From a virus (lineage: Duplodnaviria > Caudoviricetes): a DNA stretch of 50,422 bases. Of this stretch, positions 18,064 to 26,562 are shown one piece after another. Under the pieces are notes generated by a model that made no database searches, was not told where the DNA came from, and worked only from the letters and a program-made list of their open reading frames with translations. Position 1 is the stretch's first letter. Every line of letters starts with the position of its first letter. The stretch spans positions 1 to 50,422 of the IMG/VR virus record IMGVR_UViG_3300005254_000006; one strand, given 5' to 3'. A program made the translations under genes and the position numbers.

Positions 18064-18882
18064 ATGACGATAGCAATCGCGGTCAAGGTGAGTGAAGGTC
18101 TCGTGCTCGCCGCCGACAGCGCTTCGATAGTCGAAGGCGAGTTTCTCGCGGGAGAGGAGCCCCCCCAGAAGGGTGTCATCCAAGTCTACTCCCACGCCAC
18201 CAAGGTGACGCCGATCCGCAACTGGCCGGTCGGGGTCATCAACTGGGGTGTCGGTCAGATTGGGAATCGCACGATCGAGTCCTTGGTGAGAGAGTACGCA
18301 AACGGTCTCAGCGAGACACAGGACCTCGACATGTCGGAGGTCGCCAATGGACTGTGGGCCTTCGTTGCGAAGAGATACGAGGGCGCATTCGGTGACGACG
18401 AGCCGGTTCTCGGTCTGCAGGTCGCTGGCTACACGCCCGACGTCTTCTTCCCTGAGCAGTACCTTCTCATGTTCCCCCCTAGGCCAGCGGAAGAGATTGT
18501 CAATGTCAGGCCAGACAAGCCCGACGGGACACCGCAGTTCGGGGCCAACTGGTACGGCAACACGGACGCCATTGTGAGGCTATACTTCGGCATGGATCCA
18601 GGCGCAGTGCCGCGACTCTTCCCGGATGGTCCACCCAACGACCTCAAGGGGAGGCTAGCCGGTCTGGAGTATCCTGTCATTTTCGAGGCCATGCCACTTC
18701 AAGATGCAATAGACTTCGCCGTGTGGCTGGCCGAGGTGACCATCGGCAGGTTCCGCTTCGTGGCAGGTGTTGCGACAGCGCTTGGCCCGGTGGATGTGGC
18801 GGTCATCACGCGTCACGACGGGTTCAGATGGGTACGTCACAAGGAGCCGGAGATCTCAGCGCGGCACCCGGTGCTGTATTGA
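18064..18882 (+). CDS. Proteasome-beta-like Ntn-hydrolase (putative threonine protease)
   Basis: AGGAGG SD; M-T-I-A-I...GLVLAADS (Thr1 nucleophile, AxD motif), HATK Lys, C-terminal GPVDVAVIT..GF. Confidence 0.75.
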   Translation: MTIAIAVKVSEGLVLAADSASIVEGEFLAGEEPPQKGVIQVYSHATKVTPIRNWPVGVINWGVGQIGNRTIESLVREYANGLSETQDLDMSEVANGLWAFVAKRYEGAFGDDEPVLGLQVAGYTPDVFFPEQYLLMFPPRPAEEIVNVRPDKPDGTPQFGANWYGNTDAIVRLYFGMDPGAVPRLFPDGPPNDLKGRLAGLEYPVIFEAMPLQDAIDFAVWLAEVTIGRFRFVAGVATALGPVDVAVITRHDGFRWVRHKEPEISARHPVLY

Positions 18883-18899
18883 GGCGTAAGGAGAAGGTC

Positions 18900-19154
18900 A
18901 TGCTTGCCTACGATGGCTCGACCCAGCGCGAGGTTTCACCCATCCGAGATGCAGACATACTGAACCCCGCTCCCAGCCCGACTCCTGGCTCGATTCCTGT
19001 CCACGGTGCGACGGTCTATGTGCACTCTCAAGTGACAGATGTCGTTGTACGTCGGACTGGGGAGCCCATGCTTCCGGCCAGATGGGACGCCGTCGAGAGC
19101 GTGATAGAGGCTCATTTCCAGCGCTACGAGTCGGTCATGGAGCGGCTGTCCTGA
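18900..19154 (+). CDS. Putative antitoxin of Doc
   Basis: AAGGAG SD; C-terminal helix VIEAHFQRYESVMERLS resembles Doc-neutralising antitoxin tails; immediately upstream of doc. Confidence 0.6.
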   Translation: MLAYDGSTQREVSPIRDADILNPAPSPTPGSIPVHGATVYVHSQVTDVVVRRTGEPMLPARWDAVESVIEAHFQRYESVMERLS

Positions 19155-19164
19155 GGCTGGACCG

Positions 19165-19545
19165 ACGTACTACCTCGAATACGATCACGTCGTACTGATC
19201 AACGAACGAGTGATCGCACGTTGGGGAGGCGTCGACCCCTGCGTTCGTGAGCCGTCGTCGCTTCTCCATGTCCTCGAGAGTATTCGCGGGTCGGTCTTCG
19301 GAGTTGACCGCTATCCGACTCTCGAAGAGAAGGCGTGTGCAGTAGCGTACGCTGTCGCCCGCCACCACGTGTTTGCGGACGGCAACAAGCGGACCGCCGC
19401 AGAGTCGTTGTTCGCGATGCTTGAGCTCAACGGCCGGACCATGCATGCATCAGACGACGAGATCGTGGGGACGTTCGAAGGCATCGCGGATGACTCCGTT
19501 TCATTCGATTCGTTCGTCGCCTGGGTTCGCCGGCGACTCGCGTAG
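19165..19545 (+). CDS. doc: Doc/Fic-family toxin (start uncertain: ACG 19165 or GTG 19210)
   Basis: HVFADGNKRTA Doc motif; YPTLEEKA; Doc-like N-terminus YL....V..I...I...GG upstream of the first canonical start. Confidence 0.88.
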   Translation, partial: TYYLEYDHVVLINERVIARWGGVDPCVREPSSLLHVLESIRGSVFGVDRYPTLEEKACAVAYAVARHHVFADGNKRTAAESLFAMLELNGRTMHASDDEIVGTFEGIADDSVSFDSFVAWVRRRLA

Positions 19546-19583
19546 GACATGCGCCAGCTCCGGCCGCATTCACCCCAACGAGA

Positions 19584-19607
19584 AACGGCCCCCAAACGGG
19601 GGCCGTT
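19584..19607. terminator. Intrinsic terminator hairpin between convergent units
   Basis: AACGGCCCCC-AAAC-GGGGGCCGTT 10-bp stem. Confidence 0.7.
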
Positions 19608-19857
19608 CTCATCTGGTAGAGGGGGCGCAGTCGACTCGCCAAGACGTCGGCGAGCCCGGGCCGACCACTGGCCCTCCGCGTCGAGTGTCAGGTCGCTGCT
19701 GTCACCCGAGCCCAGGCTCATTGTCACCCCAGGGTGGCGCTCAAGACCTTGTCTGCTCGAGTCGGTCGAGTCAGGATGAAGCGTGTGGGGCCGGCCCACA
19801 CGTGGGGTCGGGAGATGCTAGACCGCGGTAGCGCTCCCGGCCCCGCACGCTCGTCTC

Positions 19858-20667
19858 TCACTTCGGCGGCCAGAGAGCGTCCGCCATGGCGCTCACCAGC
19901 TCGATGCGCTTCCGCTTCGTCCGCCACCACCAGGTGTCGTAGCGGCTCGTCCCGAAGCCCATCTCGAGCAGGTTGGGGACAAGGCCGGCCGCGTTCGGCG
20001 CCCGGTGCCAGCCGATGTCGCTCCAGCCGTTCCAGCCGGCGATTGTCGCCGAGGCGATGATGCCGTTGCTCCAGAGCGGGAAGCCGGCTTCCTTGACCTC
20101 CTTGGCGATGCGCTTGGCCATGGCCAGCGACGTCTGGTTGCCCCTCGAGTAGGCGGTCACCCAGCCGCGGGCGCTGGCCGGACCGGCGTTGTAGTGCAGC
20201 TCCCAGCAGAAGGCGCCCTTGGAGGCCTTCGCCAGGATGTAGTTGACGCTCGCTCCGAGGTCGTACTTGTGCGGGACCAGGTGGACATCCTTGGCGCCGC
20301 GGCGCTTGCCCTCGGCGAGCAGCTCGTTGACGACGCGGATCGCCTCCTTGCTCTCCCAGTCGGTGGGGAGCAGGGGCATCTTGTTGTAGGAGCCGGCGTG
20401 GCCGGCGGCCAACCAGACCTCGCGTCCGAGCTTGCCGTAGGTCTCCGGCCGGTAGCGCCGGATCTGGTTGCGCAGCCGCAGGGTCAGGCGTGACGAGGGT
20501 CGCAGACCGTAGCTCTTGTGCAGCCGCTCGGCGAAGGTCTTGGCGGCCCGGCCCCAGGCGCCGTTGACGCGGAAGCCCTTGGGTACCTCGACCTTGAGGC
20601 GGTCCGGGCGAGCCTCGTTGGCTCGCAGCATGGTCTTCTTCCAGATGATGCGTTCACGGGTGGTCAT
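19858..20667 (-). CDS. Endolysin, N-acetylmuramoyl-L-alanine amidase (Amidase_3)
   Basis: LAAGH, E, ELHYNA and LLEMGF zinc-amidase motifs. Confidence 0.85.
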   Translation of the reverse strand: MTTRERIIWKKTMLRANEARPDRLKVEVPKGFRVNGAWGRAAKTFAERLHKSYGLRPSSRLTLRLRNQIRRYRPETYGKLGREVWLAAGHAGSYNKMPLLPTDWESKEAIRVVNELLAEGKRRGAKDVHLVPHKYDLGASVNYILAKASKGAFCWELHYNAGPASARGWVTAYSRGNQTSLAMAKRIAKEVKEAGFPLWSNGIIASATIAGWNGWSDIGWHRAPNAAGLVPNLLEMGFGTSRYDTWWWRTKRKRIELVSAMADALWPPK

Positions 20668-20672
20668 GGAGA

Positions 20673-21041
20673 TCAGCCTCCTAGCTGTCCGGTAGCGGCG
20701 AGCGTGCCGAAGATCGACACGACGCTGGCGATGACGGCGACGAGCACCGGCGCGACGATGCGATCGAGCATCCAGCGCTTCGAGCTCTCCAACCTGGTGA
20801 TGGATCTCTCGTTGGTGGCCACGCGGTCATCGAGTCCCTTGATGCCGGCCTCGCTGCGCCCGAAGACGACCGTCTTGACGGCTGCCATGTCGTCGCAAGC
20901 GAACGGACACCCGCTCTTGATGAGCTCCTGCACGGCGGCCTTGGCGGCGGCATCGGCGACCACCTGGAGCGCCCAGCTCTGCTCGACCGTGAAGCCGGGG
21001 ATCGGTGCTCTGCGGCCGTTGCTGCCGGTGCTCTCGTTCAT
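20673..21041 (-). CDS. Putative holin/XhlA-like protein
   Basis: Coiled coil followed by a C-terminal TM; immediately upstream of the endolysin. Confidence 0.55.
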   Translation of the reverse strand: MNESTGSNGRRAPIPGFTVEQSWALQVVADAAAKAAVQELIKSGCPFACDDMAAVKTVVFGRSEAGIKGLDDRVATNERSITRLESSKRWMLDRIVAPVLVAVIASVVSIFGTLAATGQLGG

Positions 21042-21050
21042 CGCATCACC

Positions 21051-24000
21051 TCAGACGTAGTGCGCCGGGATCACTCGCCAGCCCTTGGGGACCTTGACGC
21101 GCCGCTTCTTGCCTCTTACCTTCCGCCGGACCCACTTGTAGGTCCGCACGCGACGCTCGCCGACGTAGCGCTTCTTGCGCTCGGCATGCTCGAAGCCCGG
21201 GTGCTCCCAGTAGTCGCCGCCGATCTCGATGCTCACCGTGCCGTCGCCATTGCGCTCGCAGCGCGAGAGCATGAACGGGCCGCGGTCCTCCTCGTCGAGG
21301 GCGTCGACCTTCGAGACCCAGTCCCAGGAGCGGATGTGGCTGACCGGGTGGACTGCCCCGTTGAAGTCCTCGACGAGGCCATGCAGTGGACAGGAGCCGG
21401 TCGCCAGCTGGCTGTAGTACTCGTAGACCTGCTGGACCGCGGCGGCCGCCTGGGCGTCGGTCGCCTGGCCGAGGTCGAGCAGCCGCACCTGGGCATCGGC
21501 GGCCGAGGGATTGGAGGGGTAGTAGCGCGTCCGCAGTGGCCCACGACGGTGGTTTGCCGAGAGCTTCAGGCTGAAGTTGCGGGCATAGATCGAGCAGGTC
21601 GATGTGCCGCTGGCTCCGCTCCAGACCGGTCCCATCTTGGCGAAGGCGGCGTTCGAGGGCGCGGTGACGTACCTCTCATAGCCGGCCTCGGTCGGCGATG
21701 AGGCGGTCCACCGGGCGACGTAGCTGCCGCTGATGTAGTTGCCGTCCTCGTCGTACCACCAGACGTAGACGTAGCCGGTCCCGTCGTTGTAGGCGCCCAG
21801 GTAGGCGAGGCAGCTGCCGAGATAGCTGCGGCCGCCCTCGACGATCGTCTCCTGCGCGGAGATCGGCGTGCGGGAGTAGGGGTTGGGCTCGGTGCCGTCG
21901 CTCTTGCAGCGGACGTAGTAGGCGACGCCGGAGTTGTAGATCTCGTTGTTGGTGGCGCTGGAGCGCTCCCAGTTGTCGGGCCAGGCCGTCGAGTCGAAGA
22001 GGTTCTGGATGACGAGGTTCGCATCGACGAGTTCGTACTTGCCGCAGATCGCCTCGACCGCCTGCTCAACGTCGCGCGAGATTCTCCAGTCGTTCGGGTC
22101 GAGCAGGTTCTCGGCGCGGATGGCGTAGTGGTTCTGCGCGGCCGCCGGCAACGTCGGGCGAGCACGGATGTGAGCGATGGCGTCGTCCCAGACACCCACG
22201 TCGAGGATGCCGGCGTACCGCGCCCGGGCCTGCTCGATCGCATCGGCCCGGGTGGTGTGGGGTGGCACCCAGAAGCTGATGCCGTCGCCGAGCTCTTCGG
22301 CCTCGGCGCTGGCGCAGATCGAACCATCGGCAGGACAGGCGATCTCCTCGATGATCTCGTCGACACGGGGCTTGGAGGTCCGGTTGACGTAGATGTGCAG
22401 CTCGCGGATCTGGACGTAGTTCTCAGCGGAGCCGAGGGTGCCGTCGGCGTCGGAGGTCCACAGCATCTCGATGGATTGCGCGCCGGACGTCGGCGTCAGC
22501 TCGACATGCTCTGTGTCGGTGTCGTTGTTGCGGGACCATCCGGCCTTCACGCCCAGGAGATTCGCGCCGAGGACGTAGACGATGAAGCCCTGATCGGTGC
22601 CGAGCTTGTAGCGGATGTCGAAGGTGATCTTGGAGATCTCGTAGTCGCCGGGGGCCAGCCCGTCGAGCAGCTCCCACACGATCTGTGTGGTGTCGAAGTC
22701 CTTGTAGACTGAGCTGGCCGGCAGGGTGAAGAGGATCTGGTTGTCGAGCTGGACGTTGACGTTGGTGGCGAACTTGCCGTCCGAGTCGTCCTCGACCGAC
22801 TCGGTGGAGACATCGCGCCACTCATCCCAGTTGTTGCTGATGACGCCCGCCCAGGAGAAGTCCTCGCGACGTCTGAGCTTTCTGTAGACGCCCGCGCACT
22901 TGACCTCGTGGGTGATGCCGGCATCGTCGAGGATGGCGATCTCGCCCTCGAAGGTGCGCTTGCCGTCCCGGTAGACCTTCACCGAGGCCCCGTCGATGAG
23001 CTGATTGACCGCCGGCACGTGCGGCATCTGGTCTTCAAGGATGAACCGCGCCGACTCGAAGCCATGCTCGCAGTCGGCGTCCTGGACGTTCTCCGGCTTG
23101 ACGAGGCCCTCGGCGACGAGGTCGATCGAGTCGCCGACGATGAGCGAGACGTTCTCCTGCGGGGGCTGGCGCTCGGGCAGGCCCCGCGGCACCACGATGC
23201 CGACGACCGGGTCCTCATCCCACGTGTAGCCGGCGGCGAAGTTCTGGGCGAAGCCATCCTCGTCGAGCACGGCGCTGTATTCCCGCGCCGAAGCAATGGC
23301 CCCGGCCGTCACCCATCCGTAGCTGAACAGGTAGGGGTCGGTGCTGAAGTCGTCGGCAGCCTTGCTGCTGATGTCGGCCTGCGCGACGTAGGAGCCGTCA
23401 AGATAGGTTCGGAGATAGCCATCCCGGTCGAACGACGCTCCGAGATGATGCCAGCCAGTGTCGAGGCCGGTGGAGACCGTCTGCTGTATGCGGTCGCTGT
23501 AGCTGGTCGTGCAGAGGAACCCATAGGCTACGCCGGTCCGGACGTATATGCCCCAGCCGAGCGCCCCGTTGAAGTTGCGGCCGAAGAAGAGGCCGTGGTT
23601 GTCGGCCACGTTGTCGATGCGCATCCAGCCGTCGATGCTGAAGTCGCCGGTCCCGGGGGCGCCGCCAGCGCAGGCGACGTAGTCGCCGTCCCCATCGCCG
23701 ACGAGACAGTGCGGATCGTCCTCGCTGCCGATGCCGCTCCACCCGGACGGCGACGGCCAGAGACTGGAGCTGCGGGAGGCCGAGAGGTCCGGCGTACCGA
23801 GCCACTCACATCCCGCGCTGTCGCCGTCGAAGTAGGTCGGCGGGGCGGAGGTCTTGGTGATGGTGCAGAGGGCGAAGGAGACGTCGAGGCTCTCACCGAT
23901 GTCGCAGTCGGTGAAGCGCAGCTGCGGCTGGAGGTAGCTCGTGCCAGCCGGACAGGTGAAGCTGATCTGCTTGCGGGCGAAGCTGCTGCTGACGGTGAAC

Positions 24001-24518
24001 GCGACATCGTAGTCGGCCAGCCACCCGCCGCCGGAGTCCTTGCAGGTCACTCGCAGGTAGGCGGTGATCCCGGCGTCGATGGCGCCCTTGAGCCAGAGAC
24101 TCATCGACACCGGGTCGCCGGCGGCGAACGAGCCGACGTCGGTCTCGTCCTGGACCCGGACGCTGAGGTTGTCGTTGTCCGCACCGGTGCCGGTGTACTG
24201 GAGCCGCTGTGCGTAGGTGCCGGCAGAGGGGCCGGCTACCTGCGTCCACGTCGGCGTGCCGTTGAACGACCAGTAGGAGACGCCGTCGCATCGGCCGTCG
24301 CTATCGCCGTCCGTCTCGTAGTTCGGGTTCGTGGCGTGGTTGATGAACGGCGGCGCATCGTAGCCGAAGCCGACGAGCGTGCCGTGATTGCCGCGCCCTG
24401 AGAGGTCGTGCAGAACCCGCGTCGGGGCGCCGTTGATGCCCGGGCGCAAGCCGCCGTCGGCCCGCGCCGCGTGTAGGAAGCAGACGAGGTTGTCGGTGAC
24501 GATGTCCGGCCAGCTCAC
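21051..24518 (-). CDS. Tail/baseplate protein with LamG and carbohydrate-binding-like domains
   Basis: DLSGRGNHGTL, FSIDGW, WHHLGASFD LamG motifs; NPNYE CBM-like start; central hub-like region. Confidence 0.75.
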   Translation of the reverse strand: MSWPDIVTDNLVCFLHAARADGGLRPGINGAPTRVLHDLSGRGNHGTLVGFGYDAPPFINHATNPNYETDGDSDGRCDGVSYWSFNGTPTWTQVAGPSAGTYAQRLQYTGTGADNDNLSVRVQDETDVGSFAAGDPVSMSLWLKGAIDAGITAYLRVTCKDSGGGWLADYDVAFTVSSSFARKQISFTCPAGTSYLQPQLRFTDCDIGESLDVSFALCTITKTSAPPTYFDGDSAGCEWLGTPDLSASRSSSLWPSPSGWSGIGSEDDPHCLVGDGDGDYVACAGGAPGTGDFSIDGWMRIDNVADNHGLFFGRNFNGALGWGIYVRTGVAYGFLCTTSYSDRIQQTVSTGLDTGWHHLGASFDRDGYLRTYLDGSYVAQADISSKAADDFSTDPYLFSYGWVTAGAIASAREYSAVLDEDGFAQNFAAGYTWDEDPVVGIVVPRGLPERQPPQENVSLIVGDSIDLVAEGLVKPENVQDADCEHGFESARFILEDQMPHVPAVNQLIDGASVKVYRDGKRTFEGEIAILDDAGITHEVKCAGVYRKLRRREDFSWAGVISNNWDEWRDVSTESVEDDSDGKFATNVNVQLDNQILFTLPASSVYKDFDTTQIVWELLDGLAPGDYEISKITFDIRYKLGTDQGFIVYVLGANLLGVKAGWSRNNDTDTEHVELTPTSGAQSIEMLWTSDADGTLGSAENYVQIRELHIYVNRTSKPRVDEIIEEIACPADGSICASAEAEELGDGISFWVPPHTTRADAIEQARARYAGILDVGVWDDAIAHIRARPTLPAAAQNHYAIRAENLLDPNDWRISRDVEQAVEAICGKYELVDANLVIQNLFDSTAWPDNWERSSATNNEIYNSGVAYYVRCKSDGTEPNPYSRTPISAQETIVEGGRSYLGSCLAYLGAYNDGTGYVYVWWYDEDGNYISGSYVARWTASSPTEAGYERYVTAPSNAAFAKMGPVWSGASGTSTCSIYARNFSLKLSANHRRGPLRTRYYPSNPSAADAQVRLLDLGQATDAQAAAAVQQVYEYYSQLATGSCPLHGLVEDFNGAVHPVSHIRSWDWVSKVDALDEEDRGPFMLSRCERNGDGTVSIEIGGDYWEHPGFEHAERKKRYVGERRVRTYKWVRRKVRGKKRRVKVPKGWRVIPAHYV

Positions 24519-24525
24519 GGCCGCC

Positions 24526-26562
24526 TCATCTCCAGAGCGAGAACTCGGGGACGTGCAGGGGCACGACGGCCGCGGCGTGAGTGATCTCGTCGCTGGACGC
24601 CTTCTCAGCGACCACGTGCAGGGCATCGTCGGCGCTGGCAAGCAACCGGCCGGGCACGACGTCGGTCAGATCGATCACCTCATCGAGGAAGATCAGGCCG
24701 CCCTCGAGGTCGATCGAGCTGTAGTCGGTCGCTGCGCCCGAGGGGTCGACGGAGACGAAGCCGCCGAGGGTCATCGGCACCAGGCGGTAGCGGTCGACCT
24801 GCACGTAGCCGGAGGCGTTGTCACTCACCATGCCGACCGTGATGGTCGTGGCAGCGCCCGGCCGCGCCCGCTGGTTGGGGATCGAGACGCGCCCCAGCGA
24901 GAGCCATTGCGGCGTCGTCTCGACGGTCGTGGCCTCCTGCGAGGACTCGTCGCAGTCGAGGGTCGCCTCGTAGCTGGCGTTGTTCGTCCGGGCGCGCACG
25001 AGCAGCTCGTAGGTGCCGCGGGGCAGGTCGGAGACGTCGATCGTCGCCGTGGCCCGTGTCGCGCCGGTGTTCTTCTTGCCGGTATCCCCGGTGCCCGGGT
25101 AGTCGTCGGCCGAGGTGGTGGTGGCGGTCGTGCCACCGGACCAGGAGAGCGCCTCAGCCTCGAAGTCGTAGACCTTGCCGTCGTCGGGGCCGATGGCGTA
25201 GCGGATGCTGTGGGCGTCGCTCTCGAGGTCGACGTCGCCGAAGACGATCAGCGGCACCCGGCTCTCGCCGCAGGTCTGGTCGAGCGCCACGACGCCCGGG
25301 GTCTCGACCACCGGGCCGAACAGGATCGAGCGCGCCTTGAAGGTCAGGTCGCTGCCCGAGGCGACGTAGAAGCCGGGCCGCGCCCACGTGGCCTTGTGCG
25401 GCGCCTCGGCCTCCTCGATTGTGAGCACCGGGCTGCCATCGGCGGCGGTGCGGGTGTCGAGGTCGGTGAAGTCGAGGAGGTTGAGGTCCTCGTCATACCA
25501 CCAGACGCCGAGCTCCACTGTGCCGTCGGTGAAGGCGGTCACCTGTGAGTCGGCGTAGAAGCCGTAGGTGCGCCCCGGCTTGACCTCGTGGAAGTCGATC
25601 GACTGAAAGCGCGCGTCGGCCGCCAGCGCCACGGCGGCGATCTGCGCGTAGTAGCTGCCCGGCCAGCTCCAGGTCGCACCGGAGGGGCTCTCCCAGGTCC
25701 AGTGCTCGGTCGGAAGCGCCGTCTCGCAGGCCCACCAGCCGCTGGGGCCGGCCTGCGGGCAGAAGGGCGGGTTGATGGCACAGGAGGGATGCAGCACACC
25801 GAGGGTGGCGTACTCAAGGTAGCCGACACAGTCACCGGTCGGGGTGTCGTGGGCGACGTCGAGCTGCGTTCGCACGGCTCCGGCCGGAGCCCGCAGTAGC
25901 CAGGTGCGGCGCGCACGCCCTGTGCTGGTGGCGGAGAGCAGCGTCTTGGCATCGCCGACCTGCGAGTCGCCGGAGTCGAGCCAGGAGAGCTGCGCATCAA
26001 AGCTGGTGGCGGCGTCCTGCTCGAAGTCGAGGATGAGGTCGACGATGTAGACTTCGCCCTCATCGACGTCGCCGTAGAGGGAGAGCGTGCCACTCGTTCC
26101 GTTGACCGCGTCGATGCGCCACCGGCTGGCGTCGGCGAAGACGAGGTCCTCGTCGTCGCGAACGACGTCGTCAGAGGTCGGCCACTCGTCACCGATGGGG
26201 GAGGCGAGGAAGAAGCGGTTGGCGGGCTTGGCGCGGATGGCACAGGGTGACTCGACGATGATGCGCCCGTCCTGGGTGTTCTCCCACATCGAGTCATCGA
26301 CCGGCTTGGCGGTGCCGGCGCCGAGCAGTCTCAACGCCACGGGATGCGATGAGTTCCTGGACTGCACGACGAGGTCACACGGGGCGGCGAGCCGCTCGTT
26401 CATCAGTGACACGAGGGCGTTCTTGGAGTCCTTGGCGAGGTCCGAGACCGACACGGTGAACGCCACGCGCCGTCCATCTCCATCCTCGCCCCAGAACTCC
26501 GGCTTGGGGTCGCGGAGGATGGTGAGGTCGATATCGGCGAGCCGAGCGGCGAAGTCTCCCAT
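24526..26562 (-). CDS. Distal tail (Dit-like) protein with CBM-like insertions
   Basis: Directly after the tape measure; beta-rich VWWYD...APxxA repeats. Confidence 0.6.
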   Translation of the reverse strand: MGDFAARLADIDLTILRDPKPEFWGEDGDGRRVAFTVSVSDLAKDSKNALVSLMNERLAAPCDLVVQSRNSSHPVALRLLGAGTAKPVDDSMWENTQDGRIIVESPCAIRAKPANRFFLASPIGDEWPTSDDVVRDDEDLVFADASRWRIDAVNGTSGTLSLYGDVDEGEVYIVDLILDFEQDAATSFDAQLSWLDSGDSQVGDAKTLLSATSTGRARRTWLLRAPAGAVRTQLDVAHDTPTGDCVGYLEYATLGVLHPSCAINPPFCPQAGPSGWWACETALPTEHWTWESPSGATWSWPGSYYAQIAAVALAADARFQSIDFHEVKPGRTYGFYADSQVTAFTDGTVELGVWWYDEDLNLLDFTDLDTRTAADGSPVLTIEEAEAPHKATWARPGFYVASGSDLTFKARSILFGPVVETPGVVALDQTCGESRVPLIVFGDVDLESDAHSIRYAIGPDDGKVYDFEAEALSWSGGTTATTTSADDYPGTGDTGKKNTGATRATATIDVSDLPRGTYELLVRARTNNASYEATLDCDESSQEATTVETTPQWLSLGRVSIPNQRARPGAATTITVGMVSDNASGYVQVDRYRLVPMTLGGFVSVDPSGAATDYSSIDLEGGLIFLDEVIDLTDVVPGRLLASADDALHVVAEKASSDEITHAAAVVPLHVPEFSLWR

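Noticed and set aside
10233-19692. 13-bp direct repeat GTCGAGTGTCAGG as att sites of a nested element for integrase 1
   Set aside because: Matches this short are expected by chance in GC-rich DNA, one copy is inside a CDS, and there is no dyad symmetry; kept only as part of the CTGACAC motif observation
21051-26562. Diversity-generating retroelement or shufflon acting on tail genes
   Set aside because: No reverse transcriptase, and I saw no TR/VR pair or inverted crossover repeats by eye; a self-alignment would be needed to exclude it fully
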